This document shows, piece after piece, positions 1 through 12,600 of a stretch of DNA of 64,000 nucleotides; position 1 is the first letter of the stretch; each line of letters begins with the position of its first letter. A model generated the notes under the pieces. The model saw nothing but the letters and a program-made list of their open reading frames with translations. It was not told the origin of the DNA and did not search any database. This DNA is from Raja brachyura (Eukaryota), in NCBI GenBank assembly GCA_963514005.1, contig OY740813.1, positions 15,066,001 through 15,130,000 of the forward strand. The letters are read 5' to 3'. Made by a program: the position numbers and the translations under genes.

Positions 1-215
1 TGGAATTCTTTGCCACAGAAGGCTGTGGAGGCCAAATCAGTGGATATTTTTAAGGCAGAGATATTGATTCTTGATTAGTACGGGTGTCAGAGGTGACAGG
101 GGAGAAGGCAGGAGAATGGGGTTAGGAGGGAGAGATAGGTCAGCCATGATTGAATGGCAGAGTAGACTTGATGGACTGAATAGCCTAATTCTGCTATCAC
201 ATGATCTTATAATCT
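1..215 (+). mobile_element. CR1-type LINE 3' end
   Basis: Near-identical to the 3' end of the CR1 copy at 53590-53810. Confidence 0.85.
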
Positions 216-369
216 TATGCAGAAGCTCTCTTGCAGTATATAACCCGACTGTTCAAATTGCCACAGTTAAATGTGATAGGTTTACTTGTGTAACCTTGGG
301 GCTCAATACTAATGATACATATATTCATAATTAGAATGAATAGAAGAGAGCCACTTTGGCAATATGTGG

Positions 370-938
370 TTAAGAAGGAACTGCAGATGCTGGAAAATGG
401 AAGCTAGACAAAAATGCAGGAGAAACTCAGCGGGTGAGGCAGCATCTATGGAGCGAAGGAAATGGCCAATATTTCAGGTTGAGGCCCTTCTTCAGACTGA
501 TGTGAGGGTGGGGGGGGGGGGGGGGGTCCGGGAAAAAGAAAGGAAGATGCGGAGACAGTGGGCTGAGGGAGAGCTGAGAAGGGGAGGAGAAAGCAGGGAC
601 TACCTGAAATTAGAAAAGTTAATGTTCATACCGCTGGGGTGCACACTGCCCAAGCGAAATAGGAGGTGCTACTCTTCCAATTTACGGTGGTCCTCACTCT
701 GGCCATGGAGGCGGCCCAGGACTGGAAGGTCGGATTCGGAATCCCTGCTTTCTCCTCACCTTCTCAGCTCTCCCTCAGCCCACTGTCTCCGCCTCGTCCT
801 TTCTTCTTCCCGCACCCCCCCCTCCCCACCCTTACATCAGTCTGAAGAGGGGTCTCGACCCAAAACATTGCCTATTTCCTTCGCTCCATAGATGCTGCCT
901 CACCCGCTGCGTTTCTCCAGTATTTTTGTCTACCTTTG
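370..938 (-). mobile_element. Penelope-like element 3' end: GIY-YIG endonuclease C-terminal remnant between inverted pseudo-LTRs
   Basis: Minus strand of about 600-740 translates to SDLPVLGRLHGQSEDHRKLEE*HLLFRLGSVHPSGMNINFSNFR*; about 397-599 and 742-938 are inverted copies. Confidence 0.8.
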
Positions 939-1394
939 AAATATGTGGAATGGCTTCATCTTATCTCATCTCCATCTTCACTCTGTATTTTTCCTTAGTG
1001 AGGGAACACTTCAACTTGCTGAAGCCTTCGAAGGAGTAGACCTTCTAATGCCTCTATGCATTTGCAGCAGAGACCTCGGATGGCCACATTCCAATATTTC
1101 CAACTCTGATTATATATATTTTTTACATGGCTTTCAAAACTTCAATGATTTGCTTTAATAAAGTTCAATCATATCAGTTTGACGTCTCAGTATGTACGTT
1201 CAAGCCGACTTCCCGAGTGGTTCAAGCTTTTATAGATATTCACCAATCTTGCACTGTAGTTGTGCTTTAGTCAAATATTATCCCACAAAATATTTGGGGA
1301 GCCTTATTGGCTCAGAAAATCACGGACCTTCCATTCAAGCCACTTGTTAAATGAGAGCCCTATCAGACTTGGGATGTTGGAGGAAAGTTATTGG

Positions 1395-1572
1395 AAGAGA
1401 ATGGATTTAAGAGAGAGTTGGATAGAGCTCTAGGGGCCAGTGGAGTCAAGGGATATGGGGAGAAGGTAGGCATGGGTTATTGATAGCGGACAATCAGCAA
1501 TGATCGTATTGAATGGCGGTGCTGGCTCGAAGGGCCGAATGGCCTCCTCCTGCACCTATTTTCTATGTTTCT
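1395..1572 (+). mobile_element. CR1-type LINE 3' UTR fragment
   Basis: ggctcgaagggccgaatggcct...cctgcacctat tail shared with 37700-37835. Confidence 0.8.
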
Positions 1573-4194
1573 AGAACGGTATGGTTTACATTTTGAAGGT
1601 GATGAAGAGGTAAAGGGGAACATGCAACAAGGCCACAGTAATGCCAAATCCATTGGGGACTGGCTCATCCAACACTATATCATTGTTCTAGTCTGAAAAG
1701 CTACAGCAAGTAAGAATTTAATTATTCTGGTCACGGAGCATATGACAATTAAATACTCTTGATACTTGCTTAAACCTGCTTCTGAATCTCCCTCCTGTTA
1801 TTATACCTCGCATTCACAAGCTCCACACTGAACTACAGTTTATTTACAGGATAAACAAGGAATTGTTCAACCTTCATTGCTTGCATTCCATGGAAACATT
1901 AAAATAGTAATATGTTTGTATACATTTTTTAAACTTATAATTGAATGGCCAAATAACTAACAAAAACTTTGGCTAGTTTTCCTACACCAATGCCTCAACA
2001 AAAATTTGCAGTTAGATTTTATCTCAAACATTTAATGAAATTATTGACCTTACACAAACACAATATTGCTTAAGATTAAATATGTCATTAAATTGAATTT
2101 GTTACTGAACCAAATACTGTACATAAACGTGCACATTTACAACATTATCACAATTTCTGCCCTTCCAGCTTTGTCAAGATTAATGGCAAGAAAATTAGTT
2201 CCATTTTCTCCAAATCAAATATTGATGTGAAAATCAATGAAATGACCACTCTCTTTGTTGTTGGTAAGGACGTTTCCAGTTTTTAAATTTATTTTCTCCC
2301 CTGCTCCTACCTTGAATCCACCAGTCAGCATTACTTGCAATCAAGGGCTCAGTAACAGGCTTGATTCTCTACTACATCGCAACACCTAAAATACAAAAAG
2401 TTCATTTAGACATTTTTACCTCGGTGATGTTTTATAAAATTGAGTCCTGTCTAAAATTTTATAAAATAAAGTGAGACCGTAGAATAAGATGCTTTTGGCC
2501 AAAGGAGCAACCCATTTTATTCTACTCTCCTGCTCCTTCCGTAGAGCCCTAAGACTATATTTTCCTTTAGGTAGAAATGTCATTGCCTTTTGAATGTTAC
2601 TATTAAATCTGTTTCCGACATCCTGTAAGGCATAGTTTGGCAGCAGACTGGCGCACAGCTCCAACTGTCCAAGTTTGAACCTGATCTTGGTTGCTGCTGT
2701 GGACATTCAGTAATTTTATGTTCAATATTTTTAAACTAAACTAACATTGGGACTGCTATTCCACGTACCTCAATTTTGTAAGGCACTTTTATGTGATACT
2801 TTGACAAATTATTTTTTTAAGATGTGTAAATAATATCCAGTGCATTCTCTTCAGCAACTTTCTGCTACATTAACAATAAAACATTCAGTCATGATTTACT
2901 GGTATTTGATAGGTGAAAGAAATGGGCAGTTATTGTGTAAACAAGTTCTATAATGTCAGGCGTCCAGTTTGGTGTCCCTTCTGAAGACTGAATAGCTATT
3001 GTACTCATTGCACATATACTTTTACGTATTATGATTGTTAGGTTGTAATGTAAAGTAAATGGCATCAAAGGTATAAGGAGAATGGAGTTGAGAGGGCAAA
3101 ATAGATAGAATAGAATGCCTTTTATTGTCATTCAAGGTTTGAACAAAATTTCATTCTTGCATCATGACATTACAAAAAAAACCAAGACACACACTCAACA
3201 CAAACATCCATCATAGTGAATCTCCAACACCTCCTCACATCAGCCATTAATGGATGGAAGACAAGGTTCGATGGGCCAAATGGCCTAATTCTGCTTCTGT
3301 GTTTTATGCTTATGCAGCTTCATGAATAGTTTTACCTTTAGCAATTTTTCACAAATCCTCAGAAAAGATTTTTACATATAGTGCTCAGTGGCTCAATAGC
3401 ATAATATAGCTAAATGATTCGGACTGATATAGGTCCCATATCTCAAATTAGGTCTTTGTTGAATTACTTAATTTTATCACAGTGGGAATAGATCAGTTTC
3501 TTAGGGTAGGAAAAGTACATTGGACTTTGAATAATGGCGGCAAAACATGGCAGCGCCTGCATGTGTACTATATGCAAAAATAATTTCACTGTGCAGTTGT
3601 ATATGTGACAAATATGAAAAGCACTTTTGAACTATCAAACTATTTTCCTACTCTTAATTGCTATTTTACAGTCCTTTTGAGAGTGTATCAGCAGATAAAG
3701 TCTCAGGTTGGGCCTGGTTTGTCAAAAACTGAAGTTCACAGCATTTTGCCATTAATTCATGTGTTAATAAAAATCAAAGCAAATTCATGTCAACCCTTCC
3801 ATGACTCTCTGCTTCTGTATAGAATCAGCAGCAATATATGGGGCTTCTCTTTTTATTGAATAAAACATACATCAAAACATCTGGGGATGTTAAAATGAGA
3901 CCTTGCATCTGTTAAGTATCTACAGACATCTTAATGCTTCAAATTATCATAGCAATCTGTTAAAATCTGTTACTTTAGTTATTTACCAATTTACAAAGAG
4001 GTACAAATAATAGCCTCGAAATACAGTTGATACAGTATTGCATTACCATTTAAAACTAACAAGAAACTGAAGATGAACATTTGTATGGGAATTAAAAAAG
4101 TACTGATGATTGACAATGGGTACATCTATAATATGAGAATAATTGTGAAGCATTTGGGGATTTCCGTAGGTTCGGCAAGCAATTAAACACTGAT

Positions 4195-4310
4195 ACAAGG
4201 AACTGCAGATGCTAGAATTGAGCAAAATGCAAAGTTCTGGAGTAACTAAGCGGGTCTGTTAGCATCTGTGGAGGGAATGGATAGGCGACGCTTCTGGCAA
4301 GGACTCTTCC
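4195..4310 (-). mobile_element. Penelope-like pseudo-LTR fragment
   Basis: aaggaactgcagatgct...agcgggtc...agcatctgtggaggga motif shared with 370-500 and 36005-36135. Confidence 0.65.
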
Positions 4311-5339
4311 AAAGCAGTTGCATGAATTGACTGAATACAGATTAACAAAAAAGGTTTCGCATATTCCTCTGTCTATTATTACAAATAAGCCTAGATTATT
4401 GATGGTTCAAAAGAGCTTGTCAGGAGCAGCACCAGGCATACTAAACATGATGAGGCAGTAGCCTAATGAAACTGCAATACTGGACTATTTGCCTGCTAAA
4501 CGACAAAAGCACCATACAATAGGCAGAGCTAAGGGATAGCACAACAATGGATCAGATCAAACATTTGCAGTCCTATCATATATAGTTACGAACTGCGAGT
4601 AGAATGAGTGCTTAAACAAAGGTGAAACATTTCCAACCATGTTCAGACAGAATTTTTTTTTTAAATGCATCTTTGCTTTCTTATGCAATCCATCACAGAA
4701 GCCAGATTCCAGTAATTACTGAGATACTATATTATGAAAATCTCACTTCTAATGAATTCCTGAGTATGATTGTACCTAAGAAGTCCGGAACTTTTTTTGA
4801 ATATGAAGTTGACCATATAGACATATCCTTTCCAAGATGTAAACTGCAGCAACATGAAGGCACATTTCAGATCATTGTGTTTCATAAAGGCACAGGATGC
4901 TGGTCTCAAAAGCAGATTGATGAGAGAAAAGGGAAAATGGGAAACAGATGACTAGGAAGATGTGTTCTCTTTTCCTGCCTTTCTTTTAAACATTGCAGGT
5001 CATTCCATTGTCCTGATTTTATAGAATTTTATTTCATATCTGATGAGTGACATAACTGCTTGGACTTGTTATGAATGTCATGTTATCTGTCAGTTTTGAA
5101 GTTTAACAGCTTCGCTTTCATCAAGCAAAGGATGTAACTTTATGATTCCTTTCCTGGCTTTTTATATTTTCTGAGTGTAGGTTGCAGAAGGATATTGTTA
5201 TTATATTTCATTTTCCAAGGACTTTTTTTTTTAAAGCCACATGACGTAACCCGTTTGCCGTAGTTACTTTTTAAATTGTTAATAATATTAATTACACTTC
5301 CAGAGTATTTTTCCTGCAAGTATGGCAATTTAAAATATA

Positions 5340-6260
5340 GGAGAGCAGAGGACAGTCCTTTCGACCCACAATACCCGAGCTGAACATGGTGCCAATACCA
5401 ACCTTATCATCCTGCACTTAATCAATATCCCTGCATATCCATGTGCCTATCCAGAAGCCTCTTAAATGCTACTGCCGTATCTGTCTGCCCCACAACCCCT
5501 GACAATGCGTTCTAGACACTCACCACCCTCTGTGTTTAAAAAACAATTTAAAAAAAAACAAAAACTTGCCCCACTCATCTCTTTTAAACTTTGTTCTCAC
5601 CAGAAACTATCATCCCTAGTATTTGATATTTTCATCCTGGGAACTAGGTTTCGAGTGTCTAGCCTATCCATGCCTCTCATCATTTTATATACTTCTATCA
5701 GGTCTCCTTGCAAACTCTGGCATGGCAGGGAAAACAATCTAATTCTGTCTAATCTCTTCCTGTACATCATATCCACGAATCCAGACATCATTCTGGTAAA
5801 CCTCCTCTGCACCCTCTCCAAAGCCTCCACATTCTTCCTGTATTGGAGCAACCAGAACTGCATGCAATACTCCAAATGTGGCCAAACCAAAGTGCTATAA
5901 AGCTACATCGTGACTTCCCCATTCTTATACCCCATCCTGGCACGTATATCATGTGACTTTTTTTAAAACCACTATCTACTTGTGTTTCCACTTTCAGGGA
6001 GTTTGACTTGGACCCCCAAGATATCTCTGTACATCAATGCTGTTAAGGATCATGCCATTTCCCCCTTACATTTGTCTTGGCAGACAACACCTCAGACAAC
6101 ACCTCACACTTGCTCGGATTAAACTCAATCTGCCATTTCTCTGCCCACTTCTGTAGCTTGATCTATATCCCGTTGTATGCTTTGACAGGCTTCCTCACAA
6201 TCCATGACCACAATCTGCAAACCTACTAGCCAACCCGTCTACATTTAATTCCAAGTCATG
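5340..6260 (-). mobile_element. CR1-type LINE 3' fragment (RT C-terminus)
   Basis: ORF 5597..5890: PHLEYCMQFW...LERVQRRFTRM...GDLIEVYK. Confidence 0.9.
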
Positions 6261-6461
6261 GAGGTGCAGAGTCTATGGGCCATTTGGCCATATGTTTTTT
6301 TGTTCATGACGTATCAGTATTTGATAATAAAGCTAGAAAGAGAAATTAGCATCTAGGGTCATTTTTTAATCTAATGATATTATCACTGTGGACCCGAGGC
6401 CTTTTCATTACAAATACAAGTATCACTGAAACAGTAAGTAATATATTTACAGAAATGTATT

Positions 6462-6562
6462 ATCTGCAGAAGGGTCCCGATCCCAAACATAACCTATCCA
6501 GGTTCTCCAGAGGTGTTGCCTGACCCGCTGAGTTAAACCTGCATCTGTAGTTCCTTGTTTCT
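6462..6562 (+). mobile_element. Penelope-like pseudo-LTR fragment just downstream of the KYAT1 stop codon
   Basis: ctgcagaagggtcccgatcccaaac...gcctgacccgctgag...gcatctgtagttcctt. Confidence 0.6.
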
Positions 6563-6584
6563 AATAATCTACTTTATTGGATAA

Positions 6585-6653
6585 TCACTGAATCTTCCTG
6601 GTCCTGCTCCACTCTTGTAGGATATCTTCAGCCTTGCTTAGCGTTGCATCCTC
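6585..6653 (-). CDS. KYAT1: KYAT1 last coding exon ([22 protein letters not shown])
   Basis: ttcag acceptor; TGA at 6587-6585; AATAAA at 6578-6573. Confidence 0.9.
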   Translation of the reverse strand, partial: EDATLSKAEDILQEWSRTRKIQ

Positions 6654-9600
6654 CTGAAGATTTCAAACACAGGAAAATAACTTAAGCAGCTTCTATGCAA
6701 CCCATTTCCTTAAATGTGTCTATTGCTTCTCTTAATAATATGATTTGCGATACATACTGAATGTTCAGATTAAAGGTATTTTCAATATATAATATGCATC
6801 CAATAGTGTAGAGGGCCCTTCAGTTGAGGGCAATGGGTACCATGGAAGTATGGCTCAGGAAGGGAGAGGTGGCATTAGTGGGGTGAGAAGGCATGCGGAA
6901 ACACTCCTTTCCCACTCAATGCTCGTCTGGAGTGATGTTTGTTAGGGATGTACTTTGCACTGGACTGTAAACCTCATCTGCTCTCCTTTGTACGGTCCTA
7001 TAAAATGTTTCAACATCCAACTCTAGGTTTTCTGTTTACCTTCATATCTGACATGCAGTAGCTACAACACACTTCCAGCACTGCACTGAATTTCATACTT
7101 GTCTTTGCATAAGAACTGGAACACACAACTTTCTAATTAAAGTAAATCCAAACTGGATCTAGTATGACCTGTTCTCTAATCTTAGTCAGGGCTACTACAG
7201 TTGTGGAGTTCTCAGTAAAGTTTGTTTACCGTAGAGTGGGAAATAAATCCTATAGTATTTAACTGGTGGAATATAATGCTTAGAATTTGCATAATTTTGA
7301 GTGAAGACAGTAGAAAAATATTGAAGGTGACAAAAGATTTCAGATTCTTCACAAAACTGAAAATGGACTATGCATTACATATTACAGCATTAAAGGTGCA
7401 GCATCCAATCTATGCAGTCTTCTGTTTCCTACAGCAATAAACAAATAGATCAATATCCTCCGCAACTTCATAATTGCTACTACAACTCACCTTAACAAAA
7501 CAAAATCGTATGAAATTCTGAAAGCCTTTTTTGCTATCAGATGAGTAGAAAGCAGACACCGGAATCGTGGCCAAACCCTACGGAAAAACAATGGCAGAAA
7601 ATAAAATCAGTGGTGGTGCAGCACAGATTCACTGGACTGGTTCCAGAGATGGTTGGTTTGCCTTACGAGAACTGATGATGTGGTTAGTCCTGAATTCTAC
7701 AGAGTTTAGAAGTTTGAGTGATAACAGCTGTTATCAGGCAACTGAACGGTCCACTTATCAGCTATAGTGTGGTCTTAAACTCCCATCTATCTCATTTGAA
7801 GACATTCAAACTTTAATCAGACTTTAATGTTATATCTTGCACTAAATGTTGTACCCTTTATCTGTGCACTGTGGGTGGCTTGATTGTGTTCATGTATAGT
7901 CTTTTCTTTGACTGGACAGCATGCAAACAAGCTTTTAATTTTACTCAGTACACGTGACAATAATAAACTAAACTAAATTGAAAATTATAAAAAATCTCAT
8001 AGGGCTTAGTAAGCTGAATGAAGGTAGGATGTTCCCTCTGGCTCAGGAGTCTAAAGCAGGGGGTCACTGTCCCAGTACCAATGTAAGTCCTTTGGGGCTA
8101 AAATGAGAAACCTTTCTTCACTCAGAAGACTGAGAACCCTTGGAATTCTCCATCCTTGGGGCCCATGGAGGCTCAGTCATTGATTGTATTCACGCTGTAG
8201 GCTGAAAGACCTCTGGGATCAAGGGGTGAAGCAGGGGAGTGGTGCTGTAGAAGATCAGCCATGATGCCGATGGATGGCAGAGCAAGCTCCAAATGACCTA
8301 CTATTAACATTTCAATTTTTATTTTGTCAAATATGTATATTAAAACTAACTTTATGTAACAGATGTATCTGAAGGATAACCTTGTAGAACCTAATGAAAG
8401 ATCAATAGAACATAGTCGTTAGAAAGTAAAGTATTGGCGTTGACCATATGATCACTCGAGTCAATCATTCTAGATCATCATAGTCAATGTGACCTTCAGC
8501 CTAAAACCGTTACACATGTGTTAGTATCACAGGTTCTAGAGAGCAATTTTACAGATGCAGGATGGATTTACACAAAATTATGATTTACCCTGATTTACTG
8601 CACATAAGTAACTGGACGGAGTACAGGAGAGATAGGTGAATGAATTATATGAAACAAAAGAATCAGCCATGTATATCTATTGAAAATCTCAAGAAGATTT
8701 TGCATGTCCTCATAGTGGACATAATGTCTAACAGAAAGCTGCTCAGAAGAAAACATATATACATATATTCACATTCAGGAATAATTACAAATTTGAGTTA
8801 GCTACACTCCATTTTACAGCTCCCTACCTTATTGATTGCGAGCCACTTCACAAACCTATGGTCATATGGCTGTTCGGTCTTGGTGCATTCTGGCAGGTCA
8901 ACATCTGATGGGAAGATGCAAAAAAGTCGGACATTTCAGAAGATATAATCTGTCCAATTCCATCATCCTATTAATGCACTTGCAAAACTCACAAACCACA
9001 TCAGTGGTGGCCAAACATTCCTTGCTTGAGGAAGCGAAGAAAGAAACTACAAAACACTGTTCCCAACATCGTCTACGTTTATGACCATAATTAAGGTGCA
9101 GCTAGTCACCACTCTCACGCTCAAATAATGCATGATTAAGGGAGAATAATACTTTAAAATAACATAGTAGTTAGAACCAAATTAAATTAAATTCAAATGG
9201 ATATCTTGTTTCTATAGGAGTGTATTCCATGTGTGTTTCATAGAACAACATCTACCCAGCTATTACAGTTACCATTTAAAGCAAATTAGATCAACCTATT
9301 TAACAGCTTGTGAAAGGTCCAAAGGGTTACTCACTGACTTCTGAGATGTCAGCAATCAAGAAGTAGCCACCCTCAGGGATAACTGGCTTCAACCCCACAG
9401 AGGTAAGGCAGGCAGCAAGGCGATCACGCTTCAATTGCAACTCATTACGCAAACTGATGAAATAACTTTCTGGTGCTCCCAGACGTTCAAATTCTTTCTC
9501 AAATCCCTCCGCTACTGCTTGCTGTCAGGACAAAATGTAATTTGATTTTAGAAGTGCACGCCCATTCAATTCAGTTTAACTTAACATGTTAAAATCAATA

Positions 9601-12600
9601 GCTATTATTATATTGTGTCATACAACTTTCTTTACAACAAAACTAAAGATGGATCTTGGGACGGTATGGAGGAAGACAACTCTTATCTCCTTTAGAATTA
9701 ACCAGTGATACATTTGGAATGCCGACCCTTGAAACGGCAGCTCCAAGGCAAGAAGTGTTGTTAATTGCTCTACTAATGTGACCCGCTGATGAAAACAGAA
9801 GGGTAGATCTGACCCTAGCATCTGATTTTGCTCTCACTTACCTGTATACAGTTCTTCAAATTAATGTATACAGTTCTTCAAAATAATGCCTGAATGATTG
9901 TTATCCACCAGTGTTTTGTGCTTTGTAATTTTAACTGATTATAGACTCCAGTTAATCACATTTATAGATATTTTATCATTAGGTCTTTGCAACTTGTATC
10001 TAATTGCAAAACAAAGTGTTAATGGGCTCATTTAGCATTAGAACAAAACTACATCAGGTTGGGTAGTGTGGGTGGCGAGAGGCGAGGAGTGAAATAAAAG
10101 ATGGCTGGTGTTGGTTTGGGCAATGACAAGTTAGAAATGTCATGTTTGGACAATAGTCGATGATCATCTGTCCTGAAGAAAGTTCCCAACCCAAATTATC
10201 GCCTACCCAATCCCTCCACAGATCCACTTACAAATGTGAAAAACAATGCTTTCAGTATTTCTCACCTGTGGTCCAGTAGTGCAATGGTATATGGAGTTCT
10301 GATGGACTGTCCGTAAGTGTTTGATAACGTCTTTATGTCCAATAGCCCATCCAATCTACAATTAATTGTGTACAGAGTGATGTATAATCTGTAACAGGAC
10401 ATCTGTCAGTATTTTAGAACTTAAAATGTAAATGGTTCATAACATATTTTGTATTGAATTCCTACTCAAATCAACTCATTTTATTCCACAGGCATAAATA
10501 ACATGCTGTGAACACGCGTAACACACTAACAAACCTGCTGTGCACAATATTCCAAGAACAAGCACCATTTGGGCGCTGAATATTAATGTTCTGATTTTCC
10601 CCTTCTGGTATTTCTAGCTACAATGGCTCAGTCGCTATGCCTGGAACTGACATTGAATGTATAGGGTTGAGATCAACTACCTTCCTATCTCAATGCAGTT
10701 GATCCCAAATTCTGTAAAATTTTCTGTTCAGGCCTGTTAAATTGTCCTGTTCAGGCCTGCTAAACAGTCCTATTCAGGCCAATTTAATGATAGTAATTGA
10801 AAACAAACAAGATTTGATCGCAAACTAAACTGATTGCTTAGATCTTTAAAGTTTCTAAATTAGCAAACTTGTGAAATGATTTTTAATCCAGTGTTAAGAA
10901 CAGCTTCTTCCTCACTGCCATCAGACTCCTGAACCAATCACTTCTTCCTCATCCCCTTCCTGCCATATATTCTCACTCTTAATGTTACCTCATTCGGTTA
11001 TTCTGTTATAGCAAGCTTTTTTAAAACTACTTCAAACTGCACTACAATTTTTGTACCATTTGCATGTCTTTGTCTTATTGTTGCATCTATCCTTGTTATG
11101 CATAGTATAAATTTCATGTGAACAAGGAATCCCATTGCAACCTGGTGTATATGACAATAATCTGAGATTGAGTTGTGAACAGCCACCCACAAGTAAACTT
11201 CACGTATTAGCTCCAAGGAGAGTTAGTATGCTATTCAATTTTAACATTTTCTCTAACCTCACCTTCCATCCTGTAGCACTGAATGTTTTTCCTGCACTTC
11301 CAACAGTGACTGTTCGCTCCCACATCCCTGGCATGCTGGCTAGGATTGCAAATATAAGAAGCAGCTAATTAGAGGTATAGCAGTGTCGAAAGAACAAATG
11401 GTGAATTTTGCATGTCTCCATGCCAATACGGTGCCTTAGTACATTAGCAGATTTATATAGTTGCATAAGTGTACTAGAAGAACCCAATTTACATCTGTGC
11501 AAACAGATTTTACAAAGTGTGCATGCTATTAGTATGCCCTGCATTATAGGGGAATCTCAAGAAATATTACTTCGCTAAAATGTGGCAAATCAAGTTGTAC
11601 TCTCCCACAGATAATTGGATCAGACTTCATACAATTAATTGGTTCAAGATCAAGATCACAGACAACAATTCATTTGCCTTTACAGAGCACTTTTAACTTA
11701 ATACTGCTCCAGGGAAGCAGGTGTAACCAGACCCAGAGCAGGAGAGGGGATGTGATAACTGAGAGGTTAAAAGAGAAAGATTTATGTGTTTTGAAAAAGG
11801 CAATGAAGAAATTCCAGAGCATGAATCGGGAACTGAGGATTCTGTGTTCGGTGGGTAGGATGAGGACAAAGAAGGATACTACAGAAAATCTCAGATTCAG
11901 GAAGAGGTGATGCATTGCTGTGCAAGGCTGCAGATGTAGGGAAAGATAAAGATGTATTTTGAAACTAATGCTGTGGTGGCTACGGCTCCAATGCAGAATA
12001 GCCAAGAATATTGATGTTGGGAGGACATGTTGCAGTTGTAGAAGATCAGAATCAGAATCAGAATGCCTTTTATTGTCACTATACACATGTACAATGAGAT
12101 TAAAAGCTGCTCCTACTCAGTGCAAAACAAAACAAAAAGGGGGGGGGGGGGGAATAAGGTGCACAGTTTCTGCAGCGCTATATACATATCTATAAAAAGA
12201 CAATGGATAAATAGAATGGATAATAGGATTCCTATATCCAGTATGGGTTATTGCACATATTGGAAATTACAGTTACAGTACAAATTACAGTAGGTGGATA
12301 GATGAAAGTCCGGGGGTTAGGCTGTGAAGTCAATGCATGTGTGAGTTCAGGGAGATAATGGATTTTGGAAAGAAACTGTTCTTGAGTCTATTTGTCCTTG
12401 TGCTGATGCACCTATAGCGCCTCCCTGAGGGTAGCAGGTTGAACAGGCCAAATGCAGGATGGGAGCTGTCCTTGATAATGTTCTTCGCCCTGCTGAGGCA
12501 GCGGGAGGTGTAAATGTCCATCAGAGAGGGGAGAGGGCAGCCGATTATCTTCTGTGCTGCCCTGACTACCCTCTGAAGCCTCTCCCTGTCTGCCATGGTG

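Noticed and set aside
2416-2706. 96-aa ORF MSTAATKIRF... as a gene (for example SPOUT1)
   Set aside because: No recognisable homology to SPOUT1 or any family I know, and no consistent exon structure.
5041-5125. Possible C/D snoRNA or miRNA hairpin (TGATGA...)
   Set aside because: No convincing D box with terminal stem, and only short imperfect pairing.
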